In this document: positions 19,860-30,208 of the stretch, one piece after another
Numbering within the stretch: the stretch's first letter is position 1
Layout: each line of letters starts with the position of its first letter
From: Deltaproteobacteria bacterium
GTDB lineage: Bacteria > Desulfobacterota > Binatia > UBA12015
Direction: 5' to 3'
Length of the DNA stretch: 64,000 nt
Assembly (NCBI GenBank): GCA_046583355.1
Contig: JAYGCM010000057.1
Coordinates: forward strand, 37,887 to 101,886
Program-made: the position numbers and the translations under genes
The notes under the pieces: model-generated
Told to the model about the DNA's origin: nothing
The model's input: only the letters and a program-made list of their open reading frames with translations
Database searches by the model: none

Positions 19860-20276
19860 TCAGAGCATTCCGAGCGCGGTCGAAATCACCAGAGCCGCCA
19901 GGACGATCGTCGAGATCGAGAACACCGTAAAACGCATCAGCACGTTGTTCACCGTGCACTGGATGAGCGAGTGCACGACGCGGAGCCCGACGTAGCCCCA
20001 AGCGAGGCCCACCGCGAGCCCGTCGGCCTGACCCGCCACCTGAGCCGCGAGAGCTGTCGCGTAGAAAATCGTCGGCTGCTCCATCAGGTGGTTGTAGTTG
20101 TCCGAGATCTGCATGATCTCCGGCGGTAGGTTCAACTCGCGCGTCCGTGCCGCCTCTTGCGGGTCGATCTTCGCTTTGCGCAACGCCGGGATACGGGTGG
20201 CGTACATCCATAGCCAGATCACCAACGTCCACAGCACCAGCGCCAGAATCGGCGCGACAAGTCCAGCTTGCTCCAT
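19860..20276 (-). CDS. MAPEG family membrane protein
   Basis: WMYATRIPA, DNYNHLMEQPTIFYA, LAWGYVGLRVVHSLIQ. GGGAGG RBS. Confidence 0.88.
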   Translation of the reverse strand: MEQAGLVAPILALVLWTLVIWLWMYATRIPALRKAKIDPQEAARTRELNLPPEIMQISDNYNHLMEQPTIFYATALAAQVAGQADGLAVGLAWGYVGLRVVHSLIQCTVNNVLMRFTVFSISTIVLAALVISTALGML

Positions 20277-20407
20277 ATCGATATCCTCCCGCCCGAACGA
20301 TAGGCCGAAGGAAGACGCGGAGGCAAACCGGGCACGCGAGCCGCATTTCGGGTTGATCAGGCGAGGTCGGCTGCGGTGATTCTTGCCGCCGTGCGAAAGT
20401 AGCCCGC

Positions 20408-20956
20408 CTAGAGGAACTCTGCGATAGTGGTTTGTTCCAGTTGGCAATCCGCGGCTTGGTCGCCGTGGACCACATTCAGATATCCCTCGGAGAGCGTGAC
20501 CGCCCATTGGTTCTGCTTGCCAATTCCTTCAGCTAGCGCTGCCAGGAAGGGCGGGTCGAGGAGTACCAACTCTATCGCTTCGGCGCGGTGGATACGCTGC
20601 GCACGCCATTCTTTGCGAAGACCGACGGCATGCTTTCCGGTGAATACCGAGACGCGGTCGACCTGCTTGCTGGCGCGATGCAGTCTTTGCGCCGACGGCG
20701 CGCCTACATCGATCCAATGCTTGATATTGCCCTGAAGGTCCTTGGCCCAGAGGGCCGGCTCGTCCACATTGGCCAGGCCACGGCCGAACTCCAGACCTTC
20801 TTCATGCGCCAGGACCCTGGCCAGAACACGGACCACCAGACGGTCGGCATTCTCGGACGGATGCTGCGCCACGCGGAACTGGAGGGTCTCGTAGATATGG
20901 CTGTCGATATGAGCCAGCTCCACTACAAAGCTGCGCACGGTGGCTGAGATCGCGAT
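20408..20956 (-). CDS. yaeQ: YaeQ family protein
   Basis: VAQHPSE..RLVVRVLA, LEFGRGL...DEPALWAKDLQG.I..WIDVGAPS..RLHRASK. Start ambiguous: GTG at 20938 or ATC at 20956. Confidence 0.88.
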   Translation of the reverse strand: MAISATVRSFVVELAHIDSHIYETLQFRVAQHPSENADRLVVRVLARVLAHEEGLEFGRGLANVDEPALWAKDLQGNIKHWIDVGAPSAQRLHRASKQVDRVSVFTGKHAVGLRKEWRAQRIHRAEAIELVLLDPPFLAALAEGIGKQNQWAVTLSEGYLNVVHGDQAADCQLEQTTIAEFL

Positions 20957-21366
20957 GATAGGCTCCCGTCGATCCTGACCTGTTTTCCGGAGCGAGAAAT
21001 ACCGGTGTCAGGCTCCGGTCATGAAAGCAGTTACCGTCCGGGAAATGAAGGCGTGGCGGAGGCGTGCCTAGTGCCGCGAGGCTGCGACGAAAAGGGTGCG
21101 AGCAGCCCGACGATCATCGGGCGCTTGCGCTTTCGGGGCAGCTGCCGTTCACCTCGCCGTCGTCGCATTCCTCGCCGGCCTCAACCTCGGCGTTGCCGTA
21201 TCTGCCTGCCTTGATCCATCCGTGTCCTCCCAAAAAGAACACGGTCTACTGGTCAGGCTCGGCTCAAAACCAGACGGGCTGCGGCTGACACGTACCCTTT
21301 TGTGGGGTCAGGACTCACAGGGGGCTTTCGGCATCCAAGGATCCGCGCAGTTTCTGTATCTGGTTG

Positions 21367-21403
21367 TGGGAGAAACCGGCGCGCGCTGGGAGAAAACCGG
21401 CGC
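21367..21403. repeat. Imperfect direct repeat, 20-nt period
   Basis: TGGGAGAAACCGGCGC and TGGGAGAAAACCGGCGC in the yaeQ-P450 intergenic region. Confidence 0.6.
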
Positions 21404-21585
21404 CAGCCGGATTCCGTGTGGACTTTGGCCCATCGTCCGAGAGTGCGCCTGACCGTGAGGACAGTCGCGGGCGCAAGACAGCGGGAACTTCCGTTGACTC
21501 CCCAAACTCAACAGCGGATATTCGTCCGAGAAGCGATTTGATTGATCGGCTGACTTGACCCCTCGGTCAGGGGAGCGGAGGCAGA

Positions 21586-22794
21586 ATGGAAGAGGCGAGC
21601 GCAACCGCAATCGGGCGGATGCCACGGAGTGCAAGCGAGCTTTTCGGCGGCGGCATGATGAGTCCGATGCGTGACGTGCATTGCGTTTATGCGCGTCTGC
21701 GGCGCGAGCATCCCGCAGAATGCATCAAGAGCGAGGGCGCCGAAACCTGGCTCATTACTCGTTACGACGATGTAAACCGTATTCTGAGCGACGCGCAGAC
21801 CTTCTCCTCGGCGGCGAACGCGCGCGGTATCGGCCTCGTCATGGGGCGCACGCTGATCGAAATGGACGGCGCGGAACACCTGCGCCAACGCCGCCTGGTC
21901 ACGCCTTCTTTCTCGCCGCGTGCCGTGCGCGAACGAGCAACTTCGGTCATCGATGAGGCCATCGATACACTCATCGACGATTTTGTCCGCGACGGCCAGG
22001 CCGATCTCGTCAGCCAATTCACCTTCACCTTCCCCATCCGCGTCATCGCGAACCTGATCGGCGTACCAATCGAAGATTTTCATCAATTTCATACATGGGC
22101 ACTCCAGCTCCTCAGCGTCCACGACGACCCCAACGCCGGCTTTGCTGCGGCCCGGCATATCGTCGAGCATCTCAAACCGGTCATTGAAGAGCGACGCCGC
22201 AAGCCCTGTGGCGACCTCCTCTCAACGCTCGCGAGTGCCGAGATCGAAGACGAGAAATTGGTCGAAGAAGAGATCCTCAGCTTCCTGCGGCTCTTGCTGC
22301 CCGCTGGCGCCGAGACCACCTACCGCTTCACCGGGACAATCCTGCACGCGCTGCTGACGCACAGCGACGCGCGGCAGGCCGTGCAAAGGGACTCCGACCG
22401 GCTCGATGATGTACTCGAAGAAGCTCTGCGCTGGGAGGCGCCCGTGCAATTCGTGAGCCGCGAGACGACCTGCACGGTCGAGATCGGCGGCCGGTCCATT
22501 CCGGCCGGGGCGATGCTGATGACGGCCATCGGCTCAGCCAACCGCGACGAATCCCGCTTCGCCAACCCGGATTGCTTCGACATCGACCGGCCCAACAACC
22601 ATGAACATCTCGCCTTCGGCTTCGGTGCGCATTATTGCCTCGGCACCCACCTCGCCCGCCAAGAAGCGCGGCGTGCGGTCGCGCGCCTCCTTGCCAGGCT
22701 GCCCAACCTGCGACTCGCCCCCGAGGCGCAATCCAATATCGTCGGTGTCGCCTTTCGCTCCCCGGACCAGTTGCCGGTCGTCTTCGACACCTGA
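21586..22794 (+). CDS. Cytochrome P450
   Basis: AGAETT (I-helix), EEALR (ExxR), HLAFGFGAHYCLG (heme Cys). Confidence 0.96.
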   Translation: MEEASATAIGRMPRSASELFGGGMMSPMRDVHCVYARLRREHPAECIKSEGAETWLITRYDDVNRILSDAQTFSSAANARGIGLVMGRTLIEMDGAEHLRQRRLVTPSFSPRAVRERATSVIDEAIDTLIDDFVRDGQADLVSQFTFTFPIRVIANLIGVPIEDFHQFHTWALQLLSVHDDPNAGFAAARHIVEHLKPVIEERRRKPCGDLLSTLASAEIEDEKLVEEEILSFLRLLLPAGAETTYRFTGTILHALLTHSDARQAVQRDSDRLDDVLEEALRWEAPVQFVSRETTCTVEIGGRSIPAGAMLMTAIGSANRDESRFANPDCFDIDRPNNHEHLAFGFGAHYCLGTHLARQEARRAVARLLARLPNLRLAPEAQSNIVGVAFRSPDQLPVVFDT

Positions 22795-22818
22795 TCCGTA
22801 CGACAGCTCGAGCGCTCT

Positions 22819-23256
22819 TCAGTCGGCCGGCAGCAGCGCAAGAAGCTCGCGCTGGCGGCCGAGGTGGCGGCGCTCTTCGGCCGCCGAGACCTCGTGGTCA
22901 TAGCCCAGGAGGTGCAGGAGGCCGTGTGCCAGAAGCTCGAGGAGTTCGGCCGCAAGCGTATGGCCGCGCTCGCGGGCCTGTCGCTCGGCGGTCGGTACCG
23001 AGAGGATCACATCGCCAAGCAAGGCATCGTCGATGGCGCCCTCGCCCTCGCGTTGCGCAAAGGAGAGGACATCGGTCGGGCGGTCGCGATCGCGGTAGTC
23101 GCGGTTCAGGACATGGATCTCGGCATCGTCCGTGAGCACGATCGAGAGCTCGGCCCCACTCTCGCCCAATGCCTCAAGCCAGAGCGAAGCCGCCGCTTCC
23201 AGAGCAGGCGCAAAATCCGCGAAGCCCTCGCGAGCCGTCAAGCATATTTCGGACAT
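22819..23256 (-). CDS. ybeY: rRNA maturation endoribonuclease YbeY
   Basis: [34 protein letters not shown]. Confidence 0.95.
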   Translation of the reverse strand: MSEICLTAREGFADFAPALEAAASLWLEALGESGAELSIVLTDDAEIHVLNRDYRDRDRPTDVLSFAQREGEGAIDDALLGDVILSVPTAERQARERGHTLAAELLELLAHGLLHLLGYDHEVSAAEERRHLGRQRELLALLPAD

Positions 23257-24224
23257 CAGCTGCGGTCGTAGGCCGTGATGATTTTCTGCACCAGCGGGTG
23301 GCGCACCACATCCCGTTCGCTGAAGCTGCAGAAGCCGATCCCCTCGACCGAGTGCAGAAGCTCTTGTGCCTCGATCAGGCCGGAGCGTTTACCCGGGCCC
23401 AGGTCGATCTGGGTCACATCGCCCGTGATGACGGCCTTGGAACCGAAGCCGAGCCGCGTCAGGAACATTTTCATTTGTTCGGGCGTGGTATTCTGCGCTT
23501 CGTCGAGCACAACAAAAGCGTCGTTCAGGGTGCGGCCGCGCATGAAGGCGAGCGGTGCGACCTCGATCGTGCCCCGGTCCATATATTTCTGCGCTCGTGC
23601 TGGGTCGACCATATCGTTCAGGGCGTCGTAGAGAGGCCGCAGATAGGGGTTCACCTTGTCGGCGAGATCGCCGGGCAGGAAGCCGAGCCGCTCGCCGGCC
23701 TCGACGGCCGGACGTGCCAGAACAATGCGCGTGACCTCGTTGGCCGCGAGTGCGGCGACGGCCATCGCCATGGCGAGGTAGGTCTTGCCGGTTCCGGCAG
23801 GACCGATTCCGAAGACGATATCTTTCTTGCGGATTGTATCGATATAATATTTCTGCGCGACGGATTTGGGTGCGATCGTGCGATTATGGGCCGAGATGAA
23901 AATCGCGTCGAGGAAGATCTCATGCAGCCGCGCCTTGGAATCCGCCGAGAGAATGCGCACGGCATAGCCGACATCGGAGGCGTAGAGCGGGTAGCCGCGC
24001 GCGAGCAAATCCAGCAATTGCGTAAAGACACGACCCGCCAGTTCGCTTTGCAGATCGTCGCCACGGACCTCGATGGTCGAGCCATGCACGATGGCGCGCA
24101 CGCCCGTGGCATCTTCGATCATTTTCAGATGCTCGTCGTGCTGGCCGAGCAACCCGGTCAGCAAAGTGGGGTCGGGCACCTCGATATGAAGCGACCCGCC
24201 GGCCTGCGTTGTAGCTTGTGTCAT
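23256..24224 (-). CDS. phoH: PhoH-like ATPase (YbeZ)
   Basis: [53 protein letters not shown]. Confidence 0.95.
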   Translation of the reverse strand: MTQATTQAGGSLHIEVPDPTLLTGLLGQHDEHLKMIEDATGVRAIVHGSTIEVRGDDLQSELAGRVFTQLLDLLARGYPLYASDVGYAVRILSADSKARLHEIFLDAIFISAHNRTIAPKSVAQKYYIDTIRKKDIVFGIGPAGTGKTYLAMAMAVAALAANEVTRIVLARPAVEAGERLGFLPGDLADKVNPYLRPLYDALNDMVDPARAQKYMDRGTIEVAPLAFMRGRTLNDAFVVLDEAQNTTPEQMKMFLTRLGFGSKAVITGDVTQIDLGPGKRSGLIEAQELLHSVEGIGFCSFSERDVVRHPLVQKIITAYDRS

Positions 24225-26845
24225 TCCTTGATCAGATCGTAGACCCGCGCCAGAGCTGCGTCGAGCCCCGATGCATCCTTGCCACCTGCCTGGGCGAAGT
24301 CCGGACGACCGCCGCCTTTGCCACCCACCAGCGGCGCAAGCGCGCCCACCAGCTTGCCGGCATGCACGCGCCCGGTCAGATCCTTGGTCACAGCGGCAAG
24401 CAAAAGAACCTTGCCCTTGTCTTCGCCACCCAGAACAATCACGCCGGAGCCCAGACGGTCGCGCAATTTGTCGGCCAAATCGCGCATGACCTTGGCATTG
24501 CCGCCTTCGACCTTCTGCGCCAGCACCTGAATGCCGTCGATCTCGCGCACTTCATCGAGTAGGTCGCGCGAGGTGCCGGCAGCCAGCTTGGCCTGTGCCG
24601 CCTCGAGCTGGCTTGCCAGTTTCTTGTTATGCGCGAGCAGCTTCTCGACCCGCGTGCCGGCTTCTTTTTCGTCGGCGCGCAACAGCAGAGCGATCCCCGC
24701 GAGCGCCGCCTCACCCACCCGCACCGCTGCCAGCGCCCCTATGCCGGTGAGAGCCTCGATGCGGCGCACACCAGCACCCACGGCCGACTCGGCGCGAATC
24801 TTGAAGAGACCGATATCGCCCGTGCGACTCACATGCGTGCCACCGCAAAGCTCGACGGAGAACTCGCCCATCCGCAGAACGCGGACGCGGTCGCCGTATT
24901 TGTCGCCAAAGAAAGCCAGTGCGCCGGCAGCGGTGGCATCGTCGATCGCCATCTCGGTCGCCGTGACCTCGGCATTCTCACGAATTCGGTCGTTGACCCA
25001 ATCCTCGATCTGCACGAGCATTCCGGCATCGACACGGCCGTCGTTGGTGAAGTCGAAACGCAGGCGCTCGGCCGTGACCAGCGAACCGGCCTGATGCACA
25101 TCGGCACCGAGGAAGGTGCGCAGGGCCGCATGCAGAATATGGGTCGCGGAATGGTTGAGGCGGGTTGCCTCACGGCGCGCCGGATCGACCACGAAGGTCG
25201 CGGCCGCACCGGCCGATATGGACCCGCGCACGACCCGAGCGCGGTGCACGATGAGATCGGCGCGCGGCTTCTGGGTGTCGAGGACCTCGACCAGACTGCC
25301 ATCGGCAAGCTCGATTATGCCGCCGTCGCCGGCCTGACCACCCGACTCGCCGTAGAAAGGAGTCTGCGCGGCGACCAACTCTACTTCTTCGCCCTCGCGC
25401 GCCTCGGCAATAGCCTCGCCGTCGCGCGCGAGCGCCGAGACCGTAGACTCGGCGCGCTCGTCCTCGTAGCCGACGAAGGCCGATGTCGCGTCGCCGAAGC
25501 CGCCGCCGGTCACGGTGGCAAAACGAGCCGCGTCGCGACCGCGCGCGCGCTGCGCGCCCATGGCCGCATCGAAGCCTGCGCGGTCGACCGCCAGGCCATC
25601 ACCGCGCAGGATGTCTTCGGTGAGGTCGAAGGGAAAGCCGTAGGTATCGTAGAGCTTGAAGGCGACCGCGCCGGTGAGCGTCTTCTCGCCCCGAGTCGCC
25701 AGCTTCGCCTGCTCGTCCTGCAAGAGCCCGAGGCCCTTTTCCAGGGTCTCGCCGAAGCGTTCTTCTTCGCCCGTCACGGTTTGGCGGATTCGGTCGCGGT
25801 GCTCTTCGAGTTCGGGGTAGGCCGAGCCGAGAATATCGACCGTACGGTCCGTGATCTTGCCGAGAAAGGGTCCGTCAAGGCCGAGAAGATGGGCTTGGCG
25901 CGCGGCGCGGCGCAGCAGCCGACGCAACACATAGCCGCGGCCGTCGTTGGACGGCAGGATGCCGTCGGCGATCATCACGGCGACCGCACGCGCGTGGTCG
26001 GCGATCACGCGGAAGGCGACATCGGTCGCCTCGAAGCTGCCTTTGTAGGCCGTGCCCGAGAGTTCTTCCGCCACCGTGATCAGGCCGCGCAGCTGGTCAC
26101 CATCGTAATTGCCATTGCCGCCTTGCAAGACCGAAACCACACGCTCGAGGCCCAGCCCGGTATCGACATGCTTCTGCGCAAGGTCGCCCAGGCTGCCATC
26201 GGCACGCCGATCGTTCTGGATGAAGACCAGATTCCAGAGTTCCATGTAGCGCGCGCAGCCGGAGTTCACGCCGCAGACGTGGCCGGCCGGCTGGTCACAG
26301 GTGCCCGGTCCGCGGTCAATATGAATCTCGGAGCAAGGACCGCAGGGGCCCGTCTCGCCCATCTCCCAGAAATTGTCTTTCGCGCCACAACGCAGGACGC
26401 GCTCGGGGTGAATATCGGTCACCTTCGGCCAAAGCGCGGCGGCTTCGTCATCGGTCTCAAAGACGGTCGCGTAGAGTTTGTCCTTGGGCAGCTCCCAGAC
26501 TCCGGTGAGAAGCTCCCAGGCCCACTCGATCGCTTCGGGTTTGTAATAGTCGCCGAACGACCAATTGCCGAGCATCTCGAAGAAAGTCTGGTGGTAGACG
26601 TCCCGGCCGACGTCGTCGAGATCGTTATGCTTGCCCGAGATCCGCAGGCATTTCTGCGAGTTCGCCACCCGCGGCGACACCGGCGTCTCGGTGCCGAGGA
26701 ATACGTTCTTGAACGGAACCATGCCGGCATTGGTGAAGAGCAACGAGGGGTCGCTCTGCGGCACGATCCGATCGCTCGGCACGATCAGGTGGTCGCGCGC
26801 GGCAAAGAAATCAAGGAAGGATTGTCGGACCTCAGTTCCGGTCAT
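24221..26845 (-). CDS. alaS: Alanine--tRNA ligase
   Basis: LFTNAGMVPFK, HQTFFEMLGNWSFGDYYK, NHSATH, ELCGGTHV, GKGGGRPDFAQAGG. Confidence 0.98.
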   Translation of the reverse strand: MTGTEVRQSFLDFFAARDHLIVPSDRIVPQSDPSLLFTNAGMVPFKNVFLGTETPVSPRVANSQKCLRISGKHNDLDDVGRDVYHQTFFEMLGNWSFGDYYKPEAIEWAWELLTGVWELPKDKLYATVFETDDEAAALWPKVTDIHPERVLRCGAKDNFWEMGETGPCGPCSEIHIDRGPGTCDQPAGHVCGVNSGCARYMELWNLVFIQNDRRADGSLGDLAQKHVDTGLGLERVVSVLQGGNGNYDGDQLRGLITVAEELSGTAYKGSFEATDVAFRVIADHARAVAVMIADGILPSNDGRGYVLRRLLRRAARQAHLLGLDGPFLGKITDRTVDILGSAYPELEEHRDRIRQTVTGEEERFGETLEKGLGLLQDEQAKLATRGEKTLTGAVAFKLYDTYGFPFDLTEDILRGDGLAVDRAGFDAAMGAQRARGRDAARFATVTGGGFGDATSAFVGYEDERAESTVSALARDGEAIAEAREGEEVELVAAQTPFYGESGGQAGDGGIIELADGSLVEVLDTQKPRADLIVHRARVVRGSISAGAAATFVVDPARREATRLNHSATHILHAALRTFLGADVHQAGSLVTAERLRFDFTNDGRVDAGMLVQIEDWVNDRIRENAEVTATEMAIDDATAAGALAFFGDKYGDRVRVLRMGEFSVELCGGTHVSRTGDIGLFKIRAESAVGAGVRRIEALTGIGALAAVRVGEAALAGIALLLRADEKEAGTRVEKLLAHNKKLASQLEAAQAKLAAGTSRDLLDEVREIDGIQVLAQKVEGGNAKVMRDLADKLRDRLGSGVIVLGGEDKGKVLLLAAVTKDLTGRVHAGKLVGALAPLVGGKGGGRPDFAQAGGKDASGLDAALARVYDLIKE

Positions 26846-26917
26846 TGCGGACCTCTAGAGGTCAGACGCGAAAGTGCAATGACGCAGGAGAGGCGCCGGC
26901 GGCGCGGCGGCGATGCC

Positions 26918-27928
26918 TTATTCACGCAGAATCACGTCGAGAGTGAAGCGAAGCTTCTTGAGAATCCGGCCGAGAAAATTCCCGTGGATATTCCGGCGCA
27001 GACGGATCAGGGTCTTGCGCTCCAGCGAGTAGCGCAGGGGCTGGCGCCGCTTGGCCGGCTTCTCGCCGCTGCTGGCGGCCTCATCGAGGTCGGCCAGGAT
27101 CTCGCTGCGCGGATAGCCGAGGATTTCCAGATCGGCGTCTTCGAGTCGCTGGAGAATCTGCATCACGACATCGAGCGTCTCGGGTTTCGAGGCGATCTCC
27201 ACGGCCCAGCGCTTGATCGAAGAGGTAACCGGCCGGTCGTGCTGGCCGACGCCGATCGGGTCGCCCAGCCCTTGGAACTCGTCGGACTTTTCCTTGTAAT
27301 TGATCGCGCCGGCCTCGAAGGGGAGAGCAAGGTGATCGCAAATGGCACGGAAGCCAGCCTCTGGATCCTCAACGAATTCCTCGTAGCGCACATGTGCGAA
27401 GGGAACCGGCTTGTCGCGCAGCATTTTCGCCAGCGCCGGTACGTAGCGCTCCAAGATGGGATTATGCTCCATCGCCACTTCATAATCGCCATCAAAAAAA
27501 GAGTTGACGTAGGAAGAGAGGATGGCAAGCGGGTGGCGCGTCAGAATAACGTAGCCGGCCTTGGGATAGAGCCGCGACAAAAAAGGCAGCACCAGAGAAT
27601 AGGCTGGTGTTTTGTCGAGGAAATATTTCTTGCCCGGTGTCGTCTCGAGCATCTGCCCGTAGAGAGAATCGGTGCAAGCCCGCAGAGCGTCGAGGTAGCC
27701 TTCCTCGCCGCGCGGCAGATCCGAAACCACCTCATGGATGGCCTGCTGCACGTTGAAAGGGTCGTAGGGCGCCTTCTGCACGCTGCCGAAATAGCCGAGG
27801 TGGGCCAGCGGCGTAATCAGGTGCGGCTCGGCGCGGCTGGCGACCTCGGAATGGGCGCTCAGAATGCGCGCAAGCAATGTGGTGCCGGAACGGGGGGCTC
27901 CAACGAGGAAAATCAGGCGGTCCTGCAC
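26918..27928 (-). CDS. Sulfotransferase (Sulfotransfer_3 family)
   Basis: 5'-PSB GAPRSGTTLL, DKTP, 3'-PB TRHPLAILSS, VRYEEFVEDP. Confidence 0.9.
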   Translation of the reverse strand: MQDRLIFLVGAPRSGTTLLARILSAHSEVASRAEPHLITPLAHLGYFGSVQKAPYDPFNVQQAIHEVVSDLPRGEEGYLDALRACTDSLYGQMLETTPGKKYFLDKTPAYSLVLPFLSRLYPKAGYVILTRHPLAILSSYVNSFFDGDYEVAMEHNPILERYVPALAKMLRDKPVPFAHVRYEEFVEDPEAGFRAICDHLALPFEAGAINYKEKSDEFQGLGDPIGVGQHDRPVTSSIKRWAVEIASKPETLDVVMQILQRLEDADLEILGYPRSEILADLDEAASSGEKPAKRRQPLRYSLERKTLIRLRRNIHGNFLGRILKKLRFTLDVILRE

Positions 27929-28095
27929 CCAACGAGTTTAGCCAAACCGCAGGCTCTGGGCTAGTCAGTATCGCGCGACCAACGCCAGCGCCGCGGGGAT
28001 TGCCGCCTGCTTGGCGCGACCAGTGACCGGGGCGCGGAAGCCGCGGCCTGCACTGCCTCATTGACACGAGGGCATCGGCGACAGGAAGAAGGGGA

Positions 28096-30117
28096 ATGGC
28101 GGGGCGAAAGCGAAAGAGTAAGTCGCGCAGGTCGAGCGCAGCCACGCCGCCGGCAATGCCGCTGCCGCGCTGGATGCCCCTTGCCTGCCTCGCCTTACTC
28201 CTCGTGCTCGCGTTGCCCGCGTGGCGCGCTCCCGCCAGGCTGGTGATCACGGGCGGCACCCCGCCTGCGGCCGAGGCGCGCGCCTTGACTCTGCTCGCCC
28301 AGGCCAGCGCGCGCCTGCTCTCGCCACTGGCCCCGGTGCCGGCACAGCCCGGCTTTCCCGCGGAAACCACAACACCCGCCGACGCGCCGGGATTGCTCGC
28401 CGGATTGCTGGCGCTGCCAGCCGTGGCCGCGGGCGAGCCGATTCTCGCCTGGAACCTGACCACCTTGCTGCTTGCCTGGCTCGCCGCCCTCGCCATGCTG
28501 GTCCTCGTGCATGCCGCCACCGGCAGCCCGGTGGCGGCATTTGTGGCAGCCATCGCCTGGGCCATCCCGCCGGATTCCCTCGCAGCACCGCTGGCCGTGC
28601 TGCTGCGGGTCACCCCGCTGCTGCCCATGGCCGTGCTCGCCGGCGCCCGCCTGGCCGCCCGGCCGCGCCGCGTCGAGGTGGTCGCCGCAGGCGGCACCAT
28701 GATTCTCATCGCCGCAGCGCCACCCGCTCTCGCGCTGGCCGCATTCTGCGTGGCCGGCCTGAGTGCCGGATTGGCGGGACGCCAAGACCGCCACGCACCG
28801 CTGCGGCTTGTCCTCATAGCCAGCCTCGCGGCAATGACCTGGATCTTGGCCGGCCATGGTCCCAGCTTCGCGCCGGGCGAGTTGCCCTTCTTCTATGGAG
28901 CCCTTCCCCTGCGGAGCTTTCTGCCCGGCGCCAGCAGCTTCCCCGGCGGCGCTTTGCTGCTCCTAGCCCTGGTCGGTGCCTTCTACCGGCGCGGCGCCGT
29001 CCGCCCCCGCGGCGGCCACGATCCACGGACGCACCTCGCCGTTTTGATTGTCTTGATCGTGCCGGCACTCAGCGACTCGCTGGCTCTGCCCGACGGTGGC
29101 ACCCTGCGGCTTCCTCTTGGCTGGCTGCGTGTGGCAGCGCCCGAGGCCGCCGCGATGCTCTCGGGACTGCGCCTACTGCTGCCCTTCGCCCTGGTCCTGC
29201 TCGCCGGCTACGGCACCGCCGCTCTCGCACGCGCCATGGCACCCGGTGCGCCGCGCAATATCCTGCTTGGCATCCTGGTCGGTCTGCTCCTCCTTGAAAA
29301 CCTCCATCCGTCTCTCACCCAGGTCTCCTTCGGCCGCAGCAACCCCCGCGACGCTCTGCGGCTTACGCCGCCGGCCGAGGAAGCCCTGCTACTGCGCGGG
29401 GCTGCACCCGGGGCGCTTGTCGATCTGCCCGGCGGCGTCTACGACCCCGGCGCGCATCGCCTGCGCGCCGCCGCCTGGCACCTGCGCGCAACACCCGAGG
29501 GTCTCGCTCGGCCTGCGCACGCGGCTGCCGCGCTGGCAGGTCTGCTCGCCGCACCGACGGAGAGTGCCCGCGCCGAGGCATTGGCCGCGCTCGGTGTCGG
29601 CAACCTCCTGGTGCATAAACATGATTTCGCGCCCGACGAGTTCGCCGGGCTGCTGCGCGCACTGGCCCGCAGCGGTGGCGGTGGCGGGCGCCTGCGCACG
29701 CTCGGCGAGAGCCCGGCACACCTCCTGCTCGGGCTCACGGGCCAGTCCAGCACGTCGGAATCCTTGGATGCCTTGGAGTCCAACCTCCCGACCGAAACAC
29801 GCCTGCGGCTACGCGGCCCGCAAGACCTCATCGTCTTCGAGCTCCACGCCGGTGGCAGCCAGAACTTCCGCCACCCGGAGCCCGAAAAGAGAACCCGGCT
29901 CACGATCCGCTTCTTCGATGCCCATGGCCACCTCGTCAGCACCGAAACCGCGCGCGCGCTACTGCCGCTGGTAGTCGGGCGTGGCGGACGCGCCTATGTC
30001 GCCTTGCAAGTGAATCTGCCGGAGACGCCAGGCCACCACACGGCCACGCTTGCGCCAAGCAACGACCCGGCACTCACCCTCGCGATCCAACCAGTCGATA
30101 TACAACAACTAGATTGA
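28096..30117 (+). CDS. Multi-pass membrane protein with soluble C-terminal domain, function unknown
   Basis: Many Leu/Ala-rich TM segments followed by a beta-rich tail (VALQVNLPETPGHHTATL). Confidence 0.6.
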   Translation: MAGRKRKSKSRRSSAATPPAMPLPRWMPLACLALLLVLALPAWRAPARLVITGGTPPAAEARALTLLAQASARLLSPLAPVPAQPGFPAETTTPADAPGLLAGLLALPAVAAGEPILAWNLTTLLLAWLAALAMLVLVHAATGSPVAAFVAAIAWAIPPDSLAAPLAVLLRVTPLLPMAVLAGARLAARPRRVEVVAAGGTMILIAAAPPALALAAFCVAGLSAGLAGRQDRHAPLRLVLIASLAAMTWILAGHGPSFAPGELPFFYGALPLRSFLPGASSFPGGALLLLALVGAFYRRGAVRPRGGHDPRTHLAVLIVLIVPALSDSLALPDGGTLRLPLGWLRVAAPEAAAMLSGLRLLLPFALVLLAGYGTAALARAMAPGAPRNILLGILVGLLLLENLHPSLTQVSFGRSNPRDALRLTPPAEEALLLRGAAPGALVDLPGGVYDPGAHRLRAAAWHLRATPEGLARPAHAAAALAGLLAAPTESARAEALAALGVGNLLVHKHDFAPDEFAGLLRALARSGGGGGRLRTLGESPAHLLLGLTGQSSTSESLDALESNLPTETRLRLRGPQDLIVFELHAGGSQNFRHPEPEKRTRLTIRFFDAHGHLVSTETARALLPLVVGRGGRAYVALQVNLPETPGHHTATLAPSNDPALTLAIQPVDIQQLD

Positions 30118-30208
30118 CGATAGGCGATCAATGCCTGCGCTACAAAAGGCCCCGCGCGACGAAGCACCGTGCCTGCGGACGATCCTGCGCACGAAACACC
30201 ATGCGGGT

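Noticed and set aside
21367..21403. CRISPR-like repeat
   Set aside because: Only two short imperfect copies with a 4-nt gap, and no cas genes.
24629..27964. 1111-aa plus-strand ORF
   Set aside because: Antisense shadow of alaS and the sulfotransferase, typical of GC-rich DNA; no motifs.
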